Source of the DNA: Candidatus Micrarchaeia archaeon
GTDB lineage: Archaea; Micrarchaeota; Micrarchaeia; Micrarchaeales; CABMGC01
Assembly: GCA_049966395.1 (NCBI GenBank)
Contig: JBMFUT010000016.1
Coordinates: 1-15,747 of the forward strand
Reading direction: 5' to 3'
DNA length: 15,747 nt
In this document: positions 1-6,860 of the stretch, one piece after another
Layout of the letters: each line of letters begins with the position of its first letter
Position numbering within the stretch: position 1 is the first letter of the stretch
Program-made: the position numbers and the translations under genes
The notes under the pieces: model-generated
Database searches by the model: none
What the model was told of the DNA's origin: nothing
What the model saw: the letters and a program-made list of their open reading frames with translations, nothing else

Positions 1-44
1 TTAAACTTTTCTATATATAAATAGTAATAGCTAATGGTGTTTTA

Positions 45-272
45 TTGAGAGGAAAAGAACCGCTTGTAACATGCGACAACTGTGGAAGAAAAATACCGAG
101 GAGCAAGGCAGTAGTAGACGAAAAAGTAATAAGGTTTGACACTGAAATGCACACCGAAGGGGATGTGAGGTTTCTCGAGAAAAGAAAGGTTTATTACTGC
201 ATAAGTTGCGCCAAACACAGAGGGATCTTTGACAAAAAGAGGGATATAGCAAGCCGCATGAGGAAAGTTTGA
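45..272 (+). CDS. rps26e: 30S ribosomal protein eS26 (S26e), N-terminally short form
   Basis: VTCDNCGRKIPRSKAV ... KVYYCISCAKHRGI matches the eS26 Zn-binding pattern (CxxC...P.DKA / Y.C.SCA.H). TTG start preceded by GGTGT (36-40). In-frame TAA at 18-20 and no in-frame ATG/GTG upstream. Confidence 0.88.
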   Translation: MRGKEPLVTCDNCGRKIPRSKAVVDEKVIRFDTEMHTEGDVRFLEKRKVYYCISCAKHRGIFDKKRDIASRMRKV

Positions 273-278
273 TAATAC

Positions 279-1373
279 GTGGTGCGAATGCCTGTCGACC
301 CTAATGACATGCTTATATTCAAGCTCAGGGGAATGCATTTTGAAGGGAAGGGCGCGCAAAAGAGCGCCGCACCAAGGATCGCTGAGCGCGCAGCACAGAA
401 AAGCGCTAATCCTCCTGGCTATTCGGCACAGTCTGCCAATGCAGCGCAGCCGCAAGTAACAGTAACACAGCCAAAGATAACCTCTGCAAAGGGCGAGGAG
501 GAGCAGAAAGAGGAGAAAATTGCTTCTGCGCAACAATTTTCTGCGAAGGTGATGCAGGAAACAGAAGCGAAAGTGCAGGCTGCCCAACCCCAAGCTCCAA
601 GCAAGCCCCAGAAAAAGCAATACGAAGAAGAAGAAAAAAGGATAGTTGAAGAATTCATAAGCAGGCAGAAGATGGAAGAAGCCGAGACGCAGTCAGAGAT
701 CGCCGGGGTACAGAAGCCTAAGAAAAGGCTTACAAAGACAGAAAAAGAAAGCATGGATAGCGCCAAAGACCTGATGTGCGTAAACCACCCGTGGAGGCCT
801 GCATATGCCATTTGCGACTACTGCAAGAGGCCTTTCTGCTACGCTGATCTTGTTGAATACAATGGCAAATTCTACTGCCTGGAGGACATAGACAAAGTAA
901 CTAAGAACTTCGAGGTCTCGGCAGAAGCAGAAATGAATCCGTTTATCATTGCATCCGGGGCCGCATTCATAGTAAACGCTCTTATACTTGCATATTTCGT
1001 CTACCCGCAGGTAGCTTACTTTTCCGGGCAGGCAGCCAAAATAGGGCTGGCAAATTTCATTTACACAATAAATTACAGCTACATGCTCTCGGTGCTTAAC
1101 CTCATTGCGGTGCTGCTCGGCATTGCAGCGGGGGCTCTGCTCTTCTTGAAACTCAGCAAAAACATCTACAGCATATTCATGGGAGTTGCCATGCTTATCA
1201 TTTCAAGCTACATTTACCTCATAAGCAACGCTTTGTATCTTCTTGCTGTTACAATTATAGCAGCTGTTGCTGTGGGAATGCTTGCATATGGCAGAATACC
1301 TGCAAGTGCTGGAGCAACAGAAGAAGAGCTTAAGCCTACTGAAATAGAGTGGCCACGACTTGAAACTTTTTAG
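279..1373 (+). CDS. Uncharacterised membrane protein: low-complexity Q/E/K/A-rich N-terminus, B-box-like Zn finger, about 4-5 C-terminal TM helices (likely start ATG 288)
   Basis: CVNHPWRPAYAICDYCKRPFCYADL...YCLED (777-887) resembles a B-box-type finger. Hydrophobic segments from about residue 222 to 338. GGTG at 281-284 precedes ATG 288. Confidence 0.8.
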   Translation: MVRMPVDPNDMLIFKLRGMHFEGKGAQKSAAPRIAERAAQKSANPPGYSAQSANAAQPQVTVTQPKITSAKGEEEQKEEKIASAQQFSAKVMQETEAKVQAAQPQAPSKPQKKQYEEEEKRIVEEFISRQKMEEAETQSEIAGVQKPKKRLTKTEKESMDSAKDLMCVNHPWRPAYAICDYCKRPFCYADLVEYNGKFYCLEDIDKVTKNFEVSAEAEMNPFIIASGAAFIVNALILAYFVYPQVAYFSGQAAKIGLANFIYTINYSYMLSVLNLIAVLLGIAAGALLFLKLSKNIYSIFMGVAMLIISSYIYLISNALYLLAVTIIAAVAVGMLAYGRIPASAGATEEELKPTEIEWPRLETF

Positions 1374-3311
1374 CTATTTGAACCTTATGGTATCAAGGTT
1401 CATTGGTGCGCGCGATTCGACGCGCATCCTGTTTCCAAGCGCCCTTGAGAGATCTTCGCACTTGTTTTCCTCGCCGTGCATGGTGAATATCTTCTTTGGA
1501 GAAGGCCTCATGTCTTCCACGAATTCCATAAGCTGCCTGCGATCGCTGTGGCCTGAAAATCCTTCTACAGTCTTGATTTGCATATTGACCTTTACTTGGG
1601 AAAGCCTGCCGTCTTCGTCAGGCAGGGGTATCTCGCTTACGCCGTTTTGTATCCTTCTTCCAAGGGACATGGCGCTGTTGTAACCCACAAACAGCAGCGT
1701 GTTCTTTGGATCCGGAGCCATCGACTTGAAATATTCGAGGCTGACCCCTCCGTTAAGCATTCCGCCGCTTGCGAGTATTACGGCCGGGCCCTTGTCGAGT
1801 ATGTCGCTTCGTTCGCCCTTTGCAACTTCGAATATTTCGCTCTCGAATGGCGACATGTTGCTGAGTATCCTGTGCTGAAGGCTTGCCTTCAGGAATTCTG
1901 GATATGCGGTGTGTATGGCGCTTGCTTCCAATATCATTCCATCCAGATAGATTGGCGCTTCTATTTTGTACTCTGGATTGCTTGACATGTAGTTTTCAAG
2001 AACAAGCATTATTTCCTGCGCCCTCCCCACGGCGAAAAGCGGGACCAGCACCTTTCCTCCGTTTTTTATTGTTTCTATTATCGTGGATATCAGCTGCTTC
2101 TCGGCGTCCTGCCTGTTTGGCGTTATGTCGTTCTGCGCGCCATAAGTGCTCTCTATGAAAAGAGAATCTACCCTAGGGTATCTTACATCGGCAGGATCGA
2201 AAAGCCTTGTGAAGCCGTATTTCATGTCTCCGGTGTGGACTATGTTGTACAGGCCTTCGCCTATGTGCAGGTGCACTGTGGCGCTGCCGAGTATGTGCCC
2301 GGCGTTGTGATAGGTAAGTTTTATCTCGTCTGTTACGTTTGTCACTTCGTTGTAGTCCCTTATCACCATGTGAAGCAGCATTTTCTTTATGTCGCGTTCA
2401 TCGTAAAGAGGCGTCCCTCCGCTCCTCTGCACAAGCTTTGTGTAGTCGTATAATAGAAGCGCCGCGAGGTCCCTTGTCGGAGGCGTGCAGTAGACCGGGC
2501 CGTCGTAGCCGTACTTGAACAGATATGGCACGAAGCCTATGTGGTCCATGTGCGCATGGGTGAGTATTATTGCGTCTATGTCGTTTATAGTTATATTTGC
2601 GCTGTCTAGGTATGGATATGCCTTGTTTCCGTTGCTAGTAGATGCATCTGCGCCTTTTATTCCTGGTTCTGGGCTTATGCCGCAGTCTATAAGTATTTTT
2701 GAATGGTTGGTTTCTAGTAGCAGGCTGCTCCGGCCTACCTCTTTAAATCCACCAAGCGCGGTAGCCTTTATCCACTCGCTCTTCATTATGGGCTGGTTTA
2801 TTTTCTTGCCTATTGTAGTGAGGAACTTCTTCCTGAAATCGCTTTCGTTTATCAGCATTTGCCTTACGGCAGTTATGACGTCACTATTGATTGTTGGAAC
2901 CCTGAGCACCTTCGGCACCCAGTTTGTCTCGGAGACTATGCTCTTAAGCGTAGAGCCTTCCTTGCCTATTACAAGGCCAGGCTTCATTGCTTCTATGAAC
3001 ACTTCTCCGAATTCTGGCACAAACCTTATTCCGGTTTCTGAAACCCCTGCCTCCTTGGGTATTATCTGTTCTATCTTCTTCTTTGCATCTTCAGGATTCA
3101 TCAGGCTCGCGGCGTCGCTCCTGACTATGAGTTTCTTCTTTATAGCGGCTGATATGTTTCTTATTATGCTTTCGTCAGAATAGAAGTGGGAGATGTTCTT
3201 TACAAATATCGCTATATCTGGCCCCTCGTACTCCGCTTTTATGAAACCTGCCTCAGGAGGCACAAGTTCCTCCACTTTTTTTAGTACGTTTGCATCTTGA
3301 TTGTCTGCCAA
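1374..3311 (-). CDS. fttA: aCPSF1 / FttA: KH-domain beta-CASP ribonuclease, archaeal transcription termination factor
   Basis: N-terminal KH region (EGPDIAIF, KPGLVIGKEG), LGGFKEVGRS, metallo-beta-lactamase THAHMDH, AGHILGS, HTGD, ESTYG, VGRAQE, FSGHSDR, HGE, C-terminal NLDTIRF. 645 aa, adjacent to psmB as is common in archaea. TTG start after GTGAT. Confidence 0.96.
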   Translation of the reverse strand: MADNQDANVLKKVEELVPPEAGFIKAEYEGPDIAIFVKNISHFYSDESIIRNISAAIKKKLIVRSDAASLMNPEDAKKKIEQIIPKEAGVSETGIRFVPEFGEVFIEAMKPGLVIGKEGSTLKSIVSETNWVPKVLRVPTINSDVITAVRQMLINESDFRKKFLTTIGKKINQPIMKSEWIKATALGGFKEVGRSSLLLETNHSKILIDCGISPEPGIKGADASTSNGNKAYPYLDSANITINDIDAIILTHAHMDHIGFVPYLFKYGYDGPVYCTPPTRDLAALLLYDYTKLVQRSGGTPLYDERDIKKMLLHMVIRDYNEVTNVTDEIKLTYHNAGHILGSATVHLHIGEGLYNIVHTGDMKYGFTRLFDPADVRYPRVDSLFIESTYGAQNDITPNRQDAEKQLISTIIETIKNGGKVLVPLFAVGRAQEIMLVLENYMSSNPEYKIEAPIYLDGMILEASAIHTAYPEFLKASLQHRILSNMSPFESEIFEVAKGERSDILDKGPAVILASGGMLNGGVSLEYFKSMAPDPKNTLLFVGYNSAMSLGRRIQNGVSEIPLPDEDGRLSQVKVNMQIKTVEGFSGHSDRRQLMEFVEDMRPSPKKIFTMHGEENKCEDLSRALGNRMRVESRAPMNLDTIRFK

Positions 3312-3376
3312 AAAATCACTACCACTGATGTATTGCTGTGCTGCGCATCATACTGGTCTTAGTAAAAAGTCAATTT

Positions 3377-4021
3377 TTACTTTGCGAGTATCTTTTCTAT
3401 CTCTTCGTTTGAAAACTCCTTGAAACCAGCCTTTGTTATCGCAACTATCTTCGTTTTGTCTCCTGTTGCTGAATCCCTTTTCATTGCTATCTTAAGCGCC
3501 TTTGCAACTATCTTCACCGCAGCGTCCGTAGTAATGTCCTTCTTGTAATTCTCTTCCAAGTAGCCGTATGCGGTGGGGGAGCCGCTGCCTGTTGAAGTGA
3601 ATTTGGTTTCGGTTATGAGACCGCCTAAAGGATCCAAGCTGTAAAGCTCCGGGCCGTTTTTGTTTATTCCTCCAACGACGAGCTGCACCATGTAAGGCAT
3701 CATCTTGTTCTGCTGAAGCAGCAACTGCAAAAGAGAAGCCGCCGCTGACGGTGACATTGGTTTGTTTTCGTCCATCTTGTAGAACTCGTTCTGCATTTTC
3801 AATATTTTTACAATGTACTCCGCGTCGCCTACGCCGCCTGCTATAGTTATACCTATATTCTCGTCTATCTTGTATACCTTTATTGCTTCTGAGCTGGCTA
3901 TGAAAGTATCCATTGTCGCCCTTGAATCGGCGCCCATTACAACGCCGTCACTGCAAACTACGCCAACTGTAGTTGTGCCTTTCAGGAACTTCTCAGCAAG
4001 TTCTTTAGTGTCGTAATCCAT
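3377..4021 (-). CDS. psmB: 20S proteasome subunit beta
   Basis: Propeptide followed by KG/TTTVG (catalytic Thr), ADSRAT, IAGGVGDAE, YSLDPLGG, STGSGS, KRDSATGD. SD-like GGTGT just upstream of ATG. Confidence 0.97.
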   Translation of the reverse strand: MDYDTKELAEKFLKGTTTVGVVCSDGVVMGADSRATMDTFIASSEAIKVYKIDENIGITIAGGVGDAEYIVKILKMQNEFYKMDENKPMSPSAAASLLQLLLQQNKMMPYMVQLVVGGINKNGPELYSLDPLGGLITETKFTSTGSGSPTAYGYLEENYKKDITTDAAVKIVAKALKIAMKRDSATGDKTKIVAITKAGFKEFSNEEIEKILAK

Positions 4022-4059
4022 CTATACACCTTATAGCATAAACCGTGCAGAAACAACAA

Positions 4060-4095
4060 AACATAAGCTTAAGCAAAAGAAAATAAAACAAAATT
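4060..4095 (-). terminator. U-rich tract after the TRAM gene (putative archaeal terminator)
   Basis: Minus strand reads AATTTTGTTTATTTTCTTTTG immediately after the TRAM stop codon. Confidence 0.45.
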
Positions 4096-4332
4096 CTATA
4101 TGATTAAGCTACCGTTACCTATAAAATACTTGCTGGTATCTATGGGTTCCGCGTATGCAAATGTCCTGTATCTTTTTGTTATTCTTACCTTGTAGATCTT
4201 TCCTATCCTGGTCTTTGCGTTCTTTATGAAGATCACGAAGTTGTTTATTTTCCCTATCCCTTCGCCGCGCGGGCTCTTTGCGTCTATCTTCAACTCGTAA
4301 GTGCCGCCTTCGGACAGCTCTTCTTCCATCAC
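4096..4332 (-). CDS. Stand-alone TRAM-domain RNA-binding protein (putative RNA chaperone); start GTG 4332 or ATG 4329
   Basis: EGGTYELKI...RGEGIGKINNFVIFIKNA...GKIYKVRITK...FAYAE matches the single-TRAM pattern (G.G+A+++G+V+F+...G+.V.V.I.......A.A). Confidence 0.88.
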   Translation of the reverse strand: MMEEELSEGGTYELKIDAKSPRGEGIGKINNFVIFIKNAKTRIGKIYKVRITKRYRTFAYAEPIDTSKYFIGNGSLII

Positions 4333-4353
4333 ACACTCTCCCCTTAAATGTTA

Positions 4354-4406
4354 AATATAAATCTCGCCGCCCTACAAGATATAACTGCTACAAAAAACAT
4401 TATAAA
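4354..4406 (-). promoter_or_regulatory. Two candidate TATA boxes upstream of the TRAM gene
   Basis: Minus strand TTTATAAT (4406-4399, preceded by A-rich CACAAAG) and TTTATATT (4361-4354, about 22 nt before the start). Confidence 0.45.
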
Positions 4407-4416
4407 CTTTGTGTGC

Positions 4417-4423
4417 AAAAAAA
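4417..4423 (-). terminator. Oligo-U (T7) terminator candidate for the GT-C-like gene
   Basis: Minus strand CAGTC-TTTTTTT-G about 22 nt after the stop at 4445. Confidence 0.5.
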
Positions 4424-4444
4424 GACTGGAAAGTAAATATTATG

Positions 4445-6769
4445 CTAGCTGCTTATCGTTATGTTCATTATGCCGTAGTTTATGTACGGATTTGAAGGAG
4501 GATATTCTTGGGGCTGCATTGATATTATGATCTGATTTATGCCCTGCTGCAGCGTGACATTGAATGAATAGCTGCGCATGGTCTGATTTATAGGCAGCAC
4601 TGCAGTCGCATTTCTTGGGTTGAAAGAGTAAGCGTTGCTTATGCGGTATATGTATAGGTATGAAGGGGAGTATGACAGCGCATCGAAGCTTATTTTCGCC
4701 CTTGCAGAACTTGGTTCGTAGATTGTAATGCCCCTGGTCGCGTTGCCCCACCACAGCTCGCCCAGTGTGGCGTTACAGCTTGCTTGGGATGTGCAGAAAT
4801 TCCATCCGGGCAGCCACGTGCCAGAAGTGTATGCGAGCTCGGATTTGGCAGCGCGATTCTCCAATGCGGAGCTCGTGGAAAATACTATTGTGGTGTTGCT
4901 CTGGTAGACAGGACCACCGAAGACGCTGGAGAGGTAGCTCGCAAGAAGCATTAGCTCCGACTGGTTGTACGCCTGTCTCACTATCGAAACAAATGCAGTA
5001 TGGTATGCCGCCAGCCAGAAGAGCGTGACATTTGTGTAGTTTTCGCTGATTGGGGAGGCGTATGTAAGGCCTTCGCCGTGCTCTAGATAAGCCGCCGCGA
5101 CGTCAAGAGGAATGGCGCTGACAGAAAGGAATTGAGTATAGTTGCCTGGGGAGGTGTAGCCGCCCACCATAGGTCTCTTAAACGCCGTTTGGTAGTAGGA
5201 TTCCATGGCCGGATACAAGTCTGGCATAGTCGCATTGGGAATGTTTGGCAGTATTAGCAGCGTGAAATTCCCCGTCATGCCGCCTATTTCATAGTATGCC
5301 TTAGGTATGTGCGCGTTCGCGAACATTGCATTTGCAAAAGAGGTGGAGGGAGGCGCCCCGGCGTATTCTGCAAGCACAATTACAGTAACTGCTACAAGGG
5401 CATACAGCGCATTTGTTCTAGAGTATAGTAATTTGCTTCTTGACAAGAGTTCCTTGAACCCATAAGCGGCAAATATGGCAAGGCTCATCGTCACCATTAT
5501 GTCGAAAGCTGCAGGAGCGTCGACAACGTTCAGGATGGGCACGTTTTGATAGGCGATGTATATGCCAGGTATTGCAATAGGTTTTGCACCTATCTGCAAA
5601 TAGGGGCCTAAAGAAAGCCAAACGGATACAAGCAGCACGAAAAGCCATACGCCTAGGGTTTTCAACCTGCTTCTCTTGTAATCATAGTAAAGGCCTATTA
5701 AGGAAAGCGCAAGAACAGAATAGCCTAGGTATGCCGTCTTGTCATAAGGGTTTGCGGCGAACAGCGCGTTGTAGAATTGCGGCGGCTTTGCGTTGAAAAG
5801 CGAATTCAAGTAGCTTGGCAGGAAGAAAGATACAAGACTTTCGCTCTGATATTCCGAGCTTTGCGTGCTTAGCGCCTGGTTACCCTGAAATGCTGCGCCA
5901 GTTCTGTTGCCTAGTATTGGCATCAGCAGCGGAGCGCTCAAAATGAGGATCAATATTACAGAAGCTGCAAAATAGACGGCAAATTTCCTGTTGATGATAT
6001 CTGGCCTTCCTTTTGTCGATAGATAGAATATCAAGACAAGCGCAATAAGCACTATTGACATTGCACCCTGCCCTATGCCACCCATGAAAGCGGCGAAAGT
6101 GAAACTTAGCGCAAGACCTACAGATAACGATGGCTTTTTGTCCTTTATGAGCAACAGCGTAAATATTGCCACAAGAGGAATGAACTCTATGGATGTCCAT
6201 TGCAAATGCATGTAAGACTGCGCTATGTGAAACGGACTGAAGGAGTATATTATTCCGGCCAAGAACGAAGCGGATTTGCTTGATGTGACAAAGAAAGCTA
6301 GGGCGAACATCGTGATGCCAGATAGCGCAAAAGCCAATAAGAAAAGAATATTATAAGAGAGCGGCAGGCTTATTTGCTGCAGGGGTGCGGTCAATATAGC
6401 AGCCAGAGGCATGATATCCTGTGCCGCTATGCTCACTCCTATTGGGTAGTAGAGCATGCGCGTAAAGTAGGGCTGTGCGTGGAGATTGAATGTGGCGTAA
6501 TTGAACCACCACAAGCCCCACATGCCCTGGTAGGCGCCGCCTGCGCCATTGGCAACCGTAGAAGTAATGTTTACTGTAATTGGCCAAAAAAGCGTCATGG
6601 CGATAGCCAGGTATACTGCAGTAATCACCGTCATTTCTGCTGCCGTGAGTTTTGCCTTGCCTTTTGAAACGCGAGATTGCTGAGTATCCTCAGGCTTGCT
6701 TGCACTGGATTCAGCCCCTACAGTCGCAGGCGCAATACTTGCTTTTTCCTCCATGTTAAGCACACGCAA
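4445..6769 (-). CDS. Polytopic membrane protein, GT-C-fold / YfhO-like glycosyltransferase homolog with a large extracytoplasmic C-terminal domain (likely start ATG 6754)
   Basis: About 11-13 hydrophobic helices. Motifs W.LWW, YYP.G, LSG..MF.L, AG..Y.FSP.H, YLG, LSLGP, Y..+P, GGY recall GT-C/YfhO-like proteins. The C-terminal about 280 aa carries 13 N-x-S/T sequons. Neighbours are flippases and a GT2. Confidence 0.72.
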   Translation of the reverse strand: MRVLNMEEKASIAPATVGAESSASKPEDTQQSRVSKGKAKLTAAEMTVITAVYLAIAMTLFWPITVNITSTVANGAGGAYQGMWGLWWFNYATFNLHAQPYFTRMLYYPIGVSIAAQDIMPLAAILTAPLQQISLPLSYNILFLLAFALSGITMFALAFFVTSSKSASFLAGIIYSFSPFHIAQSYMHLQWTSIEFIPLVAIFTLLLIKDKKPSLSVGLALSFTFAAFMGGIGQGAMSIVLIALVLIFYLSTKGRPDIINRKFAVYFAASVILILILSAPLLMPILGNRTGAAFQGNQALSTQSSEYQSESLVSFFLPSYLNSLFNAKPPQFYNALFAANPYDKTAYLGYSVLALSLIGLYYDYKRSRLKTLGVWLFVLLVSVWLSLGPYLQIGAKPIAIPGIYIAYQNVPILNVVDAPAAFDIMVTMSLAIFAAYGFKELLSRSKLLYSRTNALYALVAVTVIVLAEYAGAPPSTSFANAMFANAHIPKAYYEIGGMTGNFTLLILPNIPNATMPDLYPAMESYYQTAFKRPMVGGYTSPGNYTQFLSVSAIPLDVAAAYLEHGEGLTYASPISENYTNVTLFWLAAYHTAFVSIVRQAYNQSELMLLASYLSSVFGGPVYQSNTTIVFSTSSALENRAAKSELAYTSGTWLPGWNFCTSQASCNATLGELWWGNATRGITIYEPSSARAKISFDALSYSPSYLYIYRISNAYSFNPRNATAVLPINQTMRSYSFNVTLQQGINQIIISMQPQEYPPSNPYINYGIMNITISS

Positions 6770-6791
6770 CTAAGTGTATTTATTCAAAGGG

Positions 6792-6841
6792 ATATAAATC
6801 TTTATTTTGTTATTTATGAATGCGCAAGTCTGATTTGCGCA
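6792..6841. promoter_or_regulatory. Divergent promoter region: TATA box for the GT-C-like gene plus a 7-7-7 inverted repeat
   Basis: Minus strand TTTATAT at 6798-6792. TGCGCAA (6821-6827), 7-nt spacer, TTGCGCA (6835-6841). Confidence 0.45.
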
Positions 6842-6860
6842 GAATTTCAAAAGTGGATCT

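Noticed and set aside
42..811. Minus-strand ORFs (192 aa, 130 aa and others) opposite rps26e and the membrane protein
   Set aside because: Antisense shadows of well-supported genes, with no recognisable motifs.
2622..2678. Apparent short low-complexity loop insertion in FttA (PEPGIKGADASTSNGNK)
   Set aside because: Probably a variable surface loop. All catalytic motifs are intact and it cannot be assessed without an alignment.
1360..3183. Several + strand ORFs up to 222 aa inside fttA
   Set aside because: Antisense or alternate-frame shadows of a highly conserved gene, with implausible composition.
4333..4444. Largest intergenic gap checked for a tRNA or sRNA
   Set aside because: No cloverleaf, T-loop or convincing C/D-box pair. 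Explained by a terminator and promoter elements.
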